A stretch of DNA of 63,996 nucleotides, the filler included, from Collodictyon triciliatum (lineage: Eukaryota): assembly GCA_043381765.1 (NCBI GenBank). It is 7 parts of 7 records of this genome, joined end to end, with 100 filler letters (N's around TTAATTAATTAA, not from the genome) between each part and the next. Parts side by side here need not be neighbours in the genome. Positions count along the whole stretch, not along the records: positions 1 to 9,342 come from JBHJMP010003058.1; positions 9,443 to 18,783 come from JBHJMP010003059.1; 5 more parts are not named here. One strand, 5' to 3'. Made by a program: the position numbers and the translations under genes. Position 1 is the stretch's first letter. The number at the start of each line of letters is the position of its first letter. The notes beneath the pieces are model-generated. The model ran no database searches. It was not told where the DNA came from and was given only the letters and a program-made list of their open reading frames with translations. Shown here piece after piece: positions 1 through 17,764 of this stretch.

Positions 1-250
1 ATCAATATCTATATTGAACTATAAACCCTTTAATTGTGTCTGGGGCGGAGCGGGATGGTGTGTGTTTTGTTTGTTTTTGGGGGGGCTTTTTTTTTTTTTT
101 TTTTTGAAAATTGCATAATTGAATGATATTATATCAAAAAAAAAAAAAAGAAGGAAGAGGAAAAATGAATGTAAGAGTGTTACAACTAAAGTGGGGAAAG
201 GTCTCATTCTAAACAATACGTTATGTTAAGCGATAAAGTTTCATTCTTAC

Positions 251-5568
<5,318 letters not shown>

Positions 5569-6264
5569 CTATGTAGTGTAATACATTATAAATCATTATC
5601 GGATAATGGGATTTTAAGATCGTACCATTAAAATAGTNNNNNNNNNNNNNNNNNNNNNNNNNNNNNNNNNNNNNNNNNNNNNNNNNNNNNNNNNNNNNNN
5701 NNNNNNNNNNNNNNNNNNNNNNNNNNNNNNNNNNNNNNNNNNNNNNNNNNNNNNNNNNNNNNNNNNNNNNNNNNNNNNNNNNNNNNNNNNNNNNNNNNNN
5801 NNNNNNNNNNNNNNNNNNNNNNNNNNNNNNNNNNNNNNNNNNNNNNNNNNNNNNNNNNNNNNNNNNNNNNNNNNNNNNNNNNNNNNNNNNNNNNNNNNNN
5901 NNNNNNNNNNNNNNNNNNNNNNNNNNNNNNNNNNNNNNNNNNNNNNNNNNNNNNNNNNNNNNNNNNNNNNNNNNNNNNNNNNNNNNNNNNNNNNNNNNNN
6001 NNNNNNNNNNNNNNNNNNNNNNNNNNNNNNNNNNNNNNNNNNNNNNNNNNNNNNNNNNNNNNNNNNNNNNNNNNNNNNNNNNNNNATATTATTATTATGA
6101 AAATATGCATATATATTAGAAAAATTATTCCTGTCTCCGTGTCGGTCTTTGATCTGATTCGATTCTCTGCGCGGCTACGAAGCTGCTAGGAAAGCGGGTC
6201 TTGAAATGATTTTCAAAGGTGGTTTTCTTGCGCGCTCTTTCTTTTATGTATCCGGGATTTAAAG

Positions 6265-6340
<76 letters not shown>

Positions 6341-6618
6341 TTTTTTTTTCCTATCATGACTTCGTCGCTCCCTTTTGAATAGCAATCTCTCACACAAAAT
6401 AATAACAATAATAAAGTAACAGGACAATGCAGACCGAAGGCTTGATGCTGCCGCCACAACCCCTGGCTTCCTCAGCACAAACTGTTGGCTTTCTTTTTCC
6501 TTTTTTTTTTTTTTTCCTTTTCCTTTCCTGCTACACATGACTTTATCTTTTGTATTATTTTGATCTCTTTAGTGTTGCCTGAGTTGTCATATTTTTTTGA
6601 AAAGAAAAAGAAAAAAAG

Positions 6619-8702
6619 ATGCGTGCCTTCACAACAGAAACAAATAAAATGAAGGTTTCAGTGGCTAGCGCGATAAATTACGAGTATGTGAAGCCAAGCA
6701 AGAAGATTCACAGCCAGGAAGATCTCAAAAGGTTTTCAGTCTCTCAGACGGCGAAAGACTTTGTTGACTGGCTTGTTCAACTTAATGACAGTGTGAAAGG
6801 AATGATGATTTCTCAAGCCCGGCCAACAAATCCAGTTTGCAATTACTTCATGATTACCATATTTTTTCTTTTTATCTATCTATCTATCTATCTATCTATT
6901 ATTTTTTATCATTAAATCATTCAGGTAGTTATTAAAGCACTTGAAATCCTTGAGACTTTGGACAAGTGGGTTGACGAGATTCCACCAATCGAGCAACCTA
7001 TGCGATTCGGCAACAAGGCTTTTAGGGTGTGGTTAGATAAAGTTACTGAGGTCTGTACCATTTTCACTGAAAATATGTATCACTTCACCGGCAATTATAA
7101 GGTTACTAATGATAATTATAATAATAAATAAATAAATAATCTAACATATCTTTGGAACAGAACTCAATCGAGCTGATGAAATCTGTTCTCCCTGAAAATC
7201 TCAGTGATGCATCCATCGAAATCTCCTCCTACTTTAATGATAGTTTCGGAAACAGAGTTTGTGACATTTACTATTGAAATCGGTTGCTGATAGTTTATAG
7301 TTCCACGTGAAACTGCAATACCGATGAGTTGGATAGTATCTTACCAGAATATATGAATATATAATGTGTGCTTCACTTTTTTCTGATTTCCATAAATAAC
7401 AGGTGCGTATTGATTACGGAACAGGACACGAGACTAACTTCGCAGCATGGATGTATTGTTTGACAAAATTACAGGTTCAAATTATAGTATATTTTCGGCT
7501 CGTTATGTTCATCATTCTATCGACAGCCATGCTAGTAATTTATATGTTGAATGAATTTGCAATTCTCCATATGTAGCTGATCGAACCAAAAGATTATCCC
7601 TCCTTGGTATTGAACCTATTTAATAGGTAATAGCTGTGTTCTAGCATTCTTCCCGCCGATTTTATTTCACCACATGATATGATTTCCTTAGAATAAATTA
7701 CGATATAATATCTACAGATATTTGCTGTTGATGAGACATATACAAAAGCTTTACTGGCTTGAGCCTGCTGGAAGGTGAATCCGTATAATAAATCAATACC
7801 TGTACTTCACACATATGTCTAAATTTAAATCCATGCATAGTCATGGTGTCTGGGGTCTTGATGATTACCAGTTCCTTAGTTTCTACTGGGGAAGTTCTCA
7901 ATTAATTGGTAGATGCAATATAAGAATCAGTCAAATTTAATAGACTTTATGACATATGTTTGGTTGTTGAGGAGTTCATTAATATCAATCCCCTTTACAC
8001 TACTCTCATTTAGGGCACCCTACTATAAAACCTAGTTTTGTCAGGCAATTGGATATGATTGAGGAGCACGCAAATGAATACATGTATTTTGCCTGCGTGA
8101 AATACGTCCGTCAGGCAAGCACACCATATTATCTGAACACATGGAATGAAATGCGTCATATGTCTTTAAGAAAATATCATCTTGCCACTTACATATTATT
8201 ACTTTATACAATATTGAAATATCTGAGCCCTATGTTGAATACTAACGCCGTCAATGACGGAAAAAAAAAAGATGAAAACTGGTCCGTTTGGCGAGCATTC
8301 GCCAATCTTGAATGATATCGCCAATTTACCCGTATGGGAGCGTGCAAACGCTGGGCTGTTGAAAATGTACTCAACCCATTTTAGTATCATATTAGCATCA
8401 TTATCACTCTTTTATTCATTCATATGGTCATCCTCTCTTCTCTCTTCTTTTTTTTTTTTTAATCCTCTCGTTTTCACTTCAATAACAAAATGTGATTGTC
8501 AATATCGAGTGGAATTTATTTGCGTTTGAGGTTTTTATATACCACCCACAGTTTGAGAAATAAGACAGAAGAGAGTTCGATTTATGTATTTCTGTCCCTG
8601 TGTTAACCTATGCAATCACTTTACAGGTACATGGGGGAGGTTTTCAACAAATATCCTGTGATTCAGCACTTCCTTTTTGGCTCCATTATCCCAGTTTCAT
8701 AA
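6619..8702 (+). CDS. PTPA: Serine/threonine-protein phosphatase 2A activator (PTPA/Rrd1-2 family), 10 exons
   Basis: The spliced translation has the family motifs [68 protein letters not shown] and EVFNKYPVIQHFLFGSI. ATG at 6619 (or 6649), TAA at 8700-8702. The 8th intron is GC-AG. Confidence 0.96.
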
Positions 8703-9342
8703 ATGCTGTTATCTTGTCTTTTTTCTTCTTTTTTTCTTTGCAAGAGAAGCAATACAGAATAAACAAACAAAACAAACAAAACAAACAAACGGCAGGAAAA
8801 TTCCTTTTGAACGACACGGTTTCCCTTCGTCGGGATTTGCGTCACAGAGCGAAACACGTTCAAAATGACCCGCTCTAAACAAATAAGAATCGTGAAAACA
8901 TGCAAAGAACACGCAGGACATGGTTATTTCGAATGTGTTGCGGAGCACTATTCGTGACAGGGTGATAGCTACACGCGGGCTGACAAGGAAAGAAGTAGAC
9001 AGATAAAAAAAAAGTTGTGCCTTTTTTGACTTTTCTTGTGCTGACGCATTTTTTTCTCCCCTCTGTGTTGTCTGTGTCTATGCTTTTTTTTTTTTCGATG
9101 GGTTTAACGTTTTAGTTTTTATTTATTTGTTTGTGCGCTTGTGTATGGCAAAAATAAAATGATTTAAAATATCTTTGAATTAAATAAAGTTATACTCCTG
9201 ATTTTATTTGTCGTTTATCGAAGCACACCATCCTTCTCTTCTTTTCTTTTCTCTTCTTTTCTCTTCTTTTCTCTTCTTTTCTCTTCTCTTCTCTTCTCTT
9301 CTCTTCTCTTCTCTTCTCTTCTCTTCTCTTCTCTTCTCTTCT

Positions 9343-9442
9343 NNNNNNNNNNNNNNNNNNNNNNNNNNNNNNNNNNNNNNNNNNNNTTAATTAATTAANN
9401 NNNNNNNNNNNNNNNNNNNNNNNNNNNNNNNNNNNNNNNNNN
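9343..9442. other. Artificial contig-joining spacer N44-TTAATTAATTAA-N44
   Basis: The identical 100-nt spacer, with stop codons in all six frames, recurs at 18784-18883, 28225-28324, 37684-37783, 47110-47209 and 60265-60364. Confidence 0.97.
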
Positions 9443-10214
9443 GGTTTTTGGTTTTTGGTTTTTGGTTTTTGGTTTTTGGTTTTTGGTTTTTGGTTTTTGG
9501 TTTTTGGTTTTTGGTTTTTGGTTTTTGGTTTTTGGTTTTTGATTTTTGATTTTTTGTCTTTTGTTTTTTGTTTTTGTCTTTGAGACATAAGGACTTCGCA
9601 GCTGGGAAGTGTGGATATAATTCTAGAAGCGTTGATATTTATGGAAAATATTGTTATACCATCAAATAACCGCAAACGGGTCAATAAAATGGGTTATGAT
9701 AATATATTCAGAACACATGTGTATAGAATACTGAATATAATTTATGTGCGGGCACATTTTGACATGGTGTAGCGAAAAGTGCTGCCACTAGTCTCCAGAA
9801 ATGGAACAGATGCGGTAGCCGGACAAAGGGCGATGGAGACGACTTTTCTGCATCTGCGAGGGTTTAGTCCGGAATTCGGGTTGACCATCGCCCATCAAAA
9901 AGATAAAACACCAGCTTCGCGTTTCCTTTTCTCTTTGGAACATCCATTGCCACCTTAATTGATTTTTGCTAAACATTAGGCTCCAGAACCCAACAGAAAA
10001 GAAAAAAAAAGCTTTCCTGCTCATTCGGTCTCCAATGTCCCTGAGGTTGGTTCTGTTTTTGGAGTGGTGTATTAGAAATGGTTGTGCTGCTGGAAGAAAA
10101 AAAAAAAGGGCAAATATCAAATCGAGTGTTTTTTTTCTGAAAAAATTACTTCATAGTGAATCACTGCAACGAAGGAGAAGAGAAGAACTCACTCGTCGTT
10201 GTTCTCAGGAGCTG

Positions 10215-11826
10215 ATGGATAAAATATCTTTCTCGCAAGAGAGAAATGACCTCGCTACCAACACCCCATCACAAAAGACGTCAAACTCGTTTTGCTACTC
10301 ACAGCCAACATCCTCCAATTTCACTGTAATCCATGACACACATGTCCATTTTTTTTTTTGATGAATCAATAAGCATTCATACAAAGAAAATCCCATGGCC
10401 ACTTTGTGCTCCAATCTTTTCAATCTCAATAGGAGCCGAAATCGTCTCAAAGTTACGGCAGCCAACGCTTGGCCCAATCGAAATTGGAAAATAAAGTTCG
10501 GTTTATCCTCAATCTTTAGAGACCCATCATAATTCCATGGCCCCGCACATTCTTTTCCTTTTCTGACATCGTGTTCTGAAATAAAATAATTTCATAGCCC
10601 ACACAAGGTAATATGCAACATATGAGCGTTGCAGGTTTAAAAGACAGAGGCGCTTTGGGAAATACAGGCACGATTCAACAAGTGGGGTCCTTCAGATATC
10701 GGGGTAGAAACAAACATGAGGGGTTTTTTGTAGAGCTTCCTAATCGGAAAACACATTAATCATGCAAAGCATTTTTCAGTGTCTCAAAATCGTCATTTTT
10801 CTATAGAAATAGAGGAGAGTATATCGAGACTGGTTTCTGAATCAGAGGTTGTAAAGAAGCTGATACAATCATCCGTAGAGAAGATTGAGTCACACACATC
10901 GGCAATAAATTTGATTTCTCCGTCAGTTTTGGAATTGAGAAATGGTATGGGTGGGAATTAAAAAAAAAGCATAGAGGATAGCACAGCTGCATTTATAGTT
11001 TACAATCCATAGAAATTCACCGGAATCAGGAACTAATCATTGAAGCCCTGAATATACTGTATGATAGCCAAAAGGTATGTATTCTCATCGCTTTTATGAA
11101 CTTGAAATGGAAAAAAAATAGATTCAAGCACTAACCGGACATATTGCCACACCCCAAACTAAAATCAGAAGGTCTACACTGCTGAAAAAAATCTGGTAGA
11201 TAAAATGTGCCAAACTGTTAATCCAAACGACCCTGGCGAAATAGGCACAACCAGCTTGCATTCCAAAAAAGCTCATATGCTAATGGATAGGAGAGAGGTG
11301 TGCTGATTGAAGAGGAAATCTATTTCATTTTAAATTTCCTTTAATTCTCTGCATCGTTGTAAGGGTAATCACAGTCTTCAAGGGATTCGTAAAAATAACC
11401 GTATTGCACCTACTGCAAAAAGGTTTGTAGCAATCCATACATAGAATTTTGATTGATATTGCTCGAAATGTGGTATTGATCATATCTGTCAAAGAAATCA
11501 CGGAAAAGAGCAATTCGGACGTTCTCCCAGCGTGGATGAAAGTTGGTCCAAGACCGCTCACCTTCCCAACCCGGCTGTTTTTCATGAAAATTATCACTAC
11601 CTTGAGATAACTGAAAAACATGGAACAGATAGGTTTGGCTTACGAATGTATTTGAAACTGACGCAAGATAGTTCTTTTTTAAAATGAAAATCTGTATTGC
11701 TATAGCAGAGATGAATCATTTAGCATTTGGGATGAAGTTGAATCAACAAATACATCATCCACTAACGCGTGGGAAACACGACAAAAGGCCATTGCGAAGG
11801 TTCTCCGACAAGCAAAAAGGGCATAA
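10215..11826 (+). CDS. Multi-exon hypothetical protein
   Basis: ATG at 10215 (MDKISFSQERNDL...). GT-AG-bounded exons such as SIEIEESISRLVSESEVVKKLIQSSVEKIES and IHRNQELIIEALNILYDSQK. Last exon RDESFSIWDEVES...AKVLRQAKRA*. No homology recognised. Confidence 0.55.
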
Positions 11827-12882
11827 ATTAGTAGTGATGCAATCACGAGTATATGCTTATTGTTCTCTTGCTTATTCAATAAGTGATGTAACTTTTAGTT
11901 CCAATTAGGAATGAAAAAATCATATTAATTTGAAGGGAACCTGTTATAATGATAGTAGCGTTCTAGTTTGGGTGTAAGACAATATTTTTTACAGCACGGT
12001 GCTCTCCATAAAAAAAAAAATTAAAAAAATTGTTAGCCACACAATTTCTTACAGTATATGCGCGCCTTACATCAACCCAACGATTCTTATGAACAAGAAA
12101 CTAATATATTGAAGCTGGGTAGCCTTGAACAAAAAAGGTACTTGAATAACTTACTTAAACACACCCTCATTATTTAGCCACTCTGACTGTAAGCAAAGAG
12201 AGATGTTAGATTATGCCGTAACATATCTCCCATCCCAACATTCAGCATTTGTTAAAATTACAATCAATCTATCAATATATTTTTCTTCGCGACTAACTCG
12301 CTATAGCTGATTCACTTCTCATGCTCCCCCTCCTCCTTACTAGTTTCACTTTCCTACATCTGCTCTCTACTACGCGCACTTAACCTGCCAACAGTTTGGC
12401 TAGAGTCTGCCACTTTGAATCACTTTGAAATGATAACATCGTGCAGGATTTTTTTTATTGTTATTTTTTGCCAGACCAGTCATGCAAGTGCAGAAGCTGC
12501 CTTTCTGTATCGTGGCTCCCGGTGCTTCATGATTCACACAGTCGTATGTTTTTTCCAAGTTATGTATAATCATACGACGAAAGCCCCTGTTCGGTATTCC
12601 ATGTATTCCTACTTGACAATCCAGATGTGTGAGTCGATGTTGCTTCCATTCATATAGCCAATCTGCTCTTCGGCCACGTCTTTATCGACAGTGGGTTGAT
12701 ATGCGGTTTATGGGCATCATCGTAAACATCCTGTCGCTGTGATTCTCTCCTTCAAGTAGGCGCCACGACAGGTTGTCAATTTTCTGCGCGCAGCATCCCT
12801 CGTTGCTTGAATCAAAGGAAAAGATTGAATCTGACACACAGAGCCGAAAACCAACAGGCACCAAGCAACAAAGACAGAAACC

Positions 12883-14094
12883 ATGAGCAAACGCATCTTC
12901 CCGACGCTCGGTGCGCTGTGCGAGTCACTGGGCTCGTATTTGTCCGAGGTAGCCGCTGAGGCTATTGCCAAGCACGGTGAGTTCCGCGTCGCTGTGTCTG
13001 GCGGCTCTCTTCCTTCGCAGCTGAAGCAGGCTCTGATCGAATCCCCCAAAGTGCGAGACAGCATCGACTGGAGCCGCTGGAAAGTACAGTCCACAAACCA
13101 CCTTCACGCACTCGCCCGTCTAAAGCAATCCCCTCTTCTTTTTTTTTTCAATAATTCTATCGCTTTTTTTTTTCTATCTGTGTGACTTCTGTGTAACTCG
13201 GAGTGCAAAGCGCGCGCCTGTCGTTGCTCTTACTAAACCCAAGTCAACCTGCTTCTGCTACATGCACATACAATTCGGTAGGTTTATCTTGTGGACGAGC
13301 GCGTTGTCCCTCTCGACCATGCAGACTCCAACTACAAGGCTTTCGTCGATGCCGTGGCCGAGCCTGCCGGAATCCCACGGTATTTCGCCTGCACCCGCAA
13401 ACGCCATCGCAGCACCCGATTTCATTCCAAAACCTTCGTCTCTGCACACAACCACGCCTGACTCACAAACACAAACACAACACAAACACAACACAAACAG
13501 CACAAACTTGTTCGCCATCAAGCCGGAGCTCGGAGCGGAAGGAGCAGCCAGCGACTATCTGCAGCAGCTTGCACAGACATTCGGACCCGAGGTTTGACCC
13601 ACGACGCTGCCCGTCCATCGGGCCTTTCTTGACCGTGATTGATGAACCACAACACAACCCGCAGCTGCCTGTCTTTGACCTTGTGCTGCTTGGGATGGGG
13701 CCGGACGGCCACACAGCGTCGCTCTTCCCCGGCCACGCGCTTCTACACGAAACAAAGTGGGTTGCGCACATCACAGACTCGCCAAAGCCGCCGCCCGAGC
13801 GAATCACGCTGACCTTCCCGGTTCTGAACGCAGCAGCACACGCGGCGTTTGTGTGCACCGGCAAGTCCAAGCAGGAGGCCGTGAGTCCCGCCACAACTCC
13901 CACCATGACCGATAAGCCTGTCGATACCGCACGATATGTCGCAGACAACGCGGTGAGATTAACACGCATCTCATCCAACGTAGCTGCAAAGCGTCTTCAC
14001 AAAGAAGGAGCTGCCTGCGAGCCTCGTGGCACCAGCCAGCGGGAAGCTCGTCTGGTTCCTGGACGAAGATGCGGCTGCCAACGCGCCCAAGTAG
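12883..14094 (+). CDS. PGLS: 6-phosphogluconolactonase (pentose phosphate pathway), 5 exons
   Basis: Motifs [68 protein letters not shown] and [10 protein letters not shown]. Exons approx. 12883-13083, 13282-13379, 13501-13591, 13665-13880 and 13984-14094. Confidence 0.96.
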
Positions 14095-14170
14095 CCGCCC
14101 CGCCCAACCCATGAAGCAGCCTCTGTCCCGTCCGCTGGGCGTTTGCGTGTTGGGATGTCTGTGTCTATGT

Positions 14171-14416
14171 TTATGAGCGCAGGACAGGCAGCATCGCGTT
14201 CTGGTGGAGCAGCTCTGCAGTTGCGCGGGGCAGATGCAGCTCGTTCCAGATGCGGTCGAGCGTGGCAACCAATGTGTGCATCATTTCGTCTGTGTGGATG
14301 GGGCCCGCAGTGATGCGCAGGCGCTCGGTTCCGCGTGGGACGGTCGGGTAGTTGATCTGTAAGGTGTGGACCGCCGAGGGAGATGAGTCTTTGACTTTCG
14401 TCAAGAGCAGAGGCTG

Positions 14417-14456
<40 letters not shown>

Positions 14457-16874
14457 AGTGCTTACCGGTTGGATGTAGATGTTGCTTCGGAGGAGCTCAT
14501 CGGAGGCCTGGCGACAGAGTTTTGCGTCGCCCACAAAGACAGGTAAGATGTGGCTGACCTAGAGATATGCGACTGAGTAAGTAAAGGAAAGGGAAGGAGA
14601 ATGGAAGATGAATGTGGCCTGCTTGTGTTGGTATGGGTAAGGAGTGCGCACCGAGGGCATGACAGGGAGCTTCTTTTCCAGCAGGAGCTTGCGCAGCTTC
14701 ATGACGTTCAGCTTCTGGGTGTCTCGCTCGAAGGTGGACTGCTTCAGATGCTGGATGGATGCGATGGCTCCTGCGCAGAGGGCTGGCGGGATGGACGTGG
14801 TGAAGATGAACCCGGAGCCCATGCTGCGGATGCAGTCCACGAGGGTCGCGTCTGCTGCGATGTAGCCACCTGTAGGAAAGCACACAGCATTGGTCGCATT
14901 GGGTTTAGACACAGCGGCAAGGGGTTTGTCGGGTTCGCGTCTCAGTGAGATGAGATGAGATGAGATGAGATGAGATGAGATGAGATGAGATGAGATGAGA
15001 TGAGATGAGATGAGATGAGATGAGATGAGATGAGATGAGATGAGAAAGGCGTACCCATGATTCCAAAGGCCTTCCCGAGGGTTCCCTGGATGACTGTCAC
15101 GCGGTCCATCAGACCCTCGCGCTCGACAACGCCGGCTCCGTGGGCGCCATACATTCCAACGGCGTGAACTTCGTCCAAGTATGTCATGGCACCATATTTG
15201 TCTGCGAGCTGGATAAAAAAATAATTTTTTTTTAAGAAAAAGAGTAAAGATATAAAAAAGGAGGCGTTACTTATTGTGAGCCATATGATTATGAACGGTC
15301 GGTTTTCCATTAAAATGTTGCAGTGCAATAATATTCATAAGTATTTTTTCTTTGGTCTTCCTCAGTCAGTATTGAATTGAGTGGGCTTTTGCTCTTCTTT
15401 TTTTTTTTTAATATAATAAAATCATGTAAACCAACATCGCAAATTTCCTTGATGGGTGCAATGTGGCCGTCCATGGAGTAAACACTCTCGAAGGCAATCA
15501 GCTTAGGCACAGACGGGTCAGTCTCCTTCAACAGCTGCTCTAGGTGCTGAAGGTCGTTGTGGCGGAAGATTTTTTTGGGTCCGGCATTGCGTCGGATTCC
15601 TTGGATCATGGATGCGTGGTTCTTCTCATCAGAGTATACAACACAGTTAGGAAACAAGTTGGAAAGGGTCGATAGAGTGGTTTCATTGGCGACATAGCCC
15701 GAGGTGAAGACCAGGGCTGCGTCTTTGTTGTGCAGTGAAGCCAACTCTTTCTCGAGCCTCACGTGGAGGTAACTGTTTCCCGAGATGTTTCGAGTTCCTC
15801 CAGCCCCGGCTCCTGACTTGCGGAGGACATCAACCATGGCGTCAACAACCTGGCATTTGATATAATGGAGGTCGGTGAGTAACAAGTATCTCCTGGACGA
15901 TGTTTGGGAATGCCAAGCAAAACGGACGTGGAGAGCAGGATTAAGTTGTTGGACGACTTGCCTTGGGATTCTGGCCCATTCCAAGATAGTCGTTGCTGCA
16001 CCAGATGGTGATGTCTTCGGTATTGTCGTCGACATGGCGCAACGCACGAGGGAATGACTCACGCTACGAGTAAGAAAAAAGAAAAAGAAGCGCGTTTTCT
16101 TCGATTAGAGCTGGACATGGGTCTACATGGTGCCGATAGCTTCACGCTCGCGCTCAGTGGATAATTAAAAGGAAGAAGAAGTAGAAAGAAAAAAAAAGGG
16201 GGGAGAACAAATGGGAGTTGGGTGGAGAAAAGACAGGCATGCGGCTGGCGGCTTACACGACGCTCCACACTGGCGAATGTGCGGTAGCGGCCCTCGTGCT
16301 TGATGCTGTCGATGACCTTGCGGAAGTGGCTTTGGTAGTCCTCCAGGGTGGGGACGCGGTCCTTCACGGCAAAGGGGGAGGGGTGCGACGGCTTCGTGGC
16401 GGCCTTGTCGTGGTGGCGAGGGTGCGTCCGGCCGTGCCTCTCGTGGGCAGCCTTGTCGGCGGATGCGGGCGCCTCGCCGGGGCTGCTGGGCGCTGCGGCC
16501 TCCTGCTTGAGGCTCTCGTCCTTGGCCGCCTGCAGACCCGCAAAGCCCGCCTGCACGATGGACTGGCGCATCCCGGGCGGGACGTCGAGTGCGTGGAGGC
16601 CGGCAGCCTCTCCCGGTATCTTTGCGCGGGCGAACAGGACCCCGGGCGCGTCCACCGGGGCAGAAGCGCACTCCTCCGCTGAGGCTGAGGCTGAGGCTGA
16701 GGCTGTCGGGGTCACTTCGCAGGCGGCGGCCCGCACCTGCAGCATCCGCATGAAGGGGCAGCGGCTCTCCAGGCCGGCCTGCAGTGCTGGCAGCGCCGAG
16801 GCGAGGCCGCCCGCCTTGGGCACGGTCGAGTTGAGGAGGAACGGGCAGCGGCTGAGGGTTCCTGCGAAGGCCAT
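14171..16874 (-). CDS. ALAS: 5-aminolevulinate synthase, mitochondrial precursor (heme synthesis, Shemin pathway), 7 exons
   Basis: Motifs [82 protein letters not shown] (PLP lysine), FIFTTSIPP and [18 protein letters not shown]. The N-terminal extension carries two RCPF motifs. Confidence 0.97.
14946..15044 (+). repeat. (GAGAT)n microsatellite inside an ALAS intron
   Basis: Perfect pentamer array. Confidence 0.95.
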
Positions 16875-17694
16875 GGATGCGGTGCGGTGTGGCTCGGTTG
16901 GTTTGTGGGTTGGTTGTGCGACGGCTTTTTCTGCTTGCAGAAGCCGGGGGCAAAAAAAAAGAAAGAGGGAGGTTTAGTATTTCTGGGCTCAGACGGGTTG
17001 CTTGTGTTGGCTCTTGGTTGTTTGGACTGGATGCGGTCGGGCTAGAATGTTTGCCGTTCTGATCGGTTGCTCGCGCTTTTCCCAGCTCGTTGAGTTGCGG
17101 GTCTCGCGTCTCCTCGTGTGATGATCACCGCTGGATGGTTCGTTATCTCTGATCATTGTGCCTAAGGGAGCCATTTCGATGATGACAAGCATATATATGA
17201 AAAGGCCTTGGGGACGCGGCTATTTTTGTAGTGGAGATAGCGATTTTAGTTGAACTAACTTTTCTGGAAAAAGAATTTACCATTTGCGGATGTGGCTGTT
17301 GTGGTTGTTTGGTGACGGATTGATGCGAAATGTGACGTAATATATGGTCTATTAAGTATGGTATGAAAGTCTGTTGTGGAAACTAGACTGAAGCATTCTT
17401 CTCGTGTCTCCTATTGATGAATGTCGCCACTAATTAACACAAACTGTACTTTTTTTTAAAGCTAACAAGGTATATACAATTAAGTGAACATTACAAATTT
17501 AGTTCTAACGGATGGCACCAACTGACCTGTGACTGCTGTTCGCTCCGATTCTGGAGAAAAGAAAAAGAAAAAGAAAAAGAAAAAGAAAAAGAAAAAGAAA
17601 AAGAAAAAGAAAAAGAAAAAGAAAAAGAAAAAGAAAAAGAAAAAGAAAAAGAAAAAGTAAAAGGCAATAGCAACTTCTTTTTCGCAGCCTATAT

Positions 17695-17718
17695 TTTTTT
17701 CCTTTATCCGATTCAAAG
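17695..17718 (-). mobile_element. Micro-retroposon copy C: CTTTGAATCGGATAAAGG(A)n with a 16-bp TSD
   Basis: Perfect direct repeat TTTTCGCAGCCTATAT at 17679-17694 and 17719-17734. The insert matches the other copies as its reverse complement. It lies about 47 nt downstream of the PQ-loop stop. Confidence 0.85.
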
Positions 17719-17764
17719 TTTTCGCAGCCTATATATTTTCACTATATCAAAAATCTTTAATATC

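Noticed and set aside
9443-9545. (GGTTTTT)n at a contig start as a telomere
   Set aside because: The G-rich strand points inward (wrong polarity for a left end), and the other contig ends carry unrelated simple repeats.
16875-17100. Iron-responsive element in the ALAS 5' region
   Set aside because: No CAGUGN-loop hairpin is visible on the coding strand.
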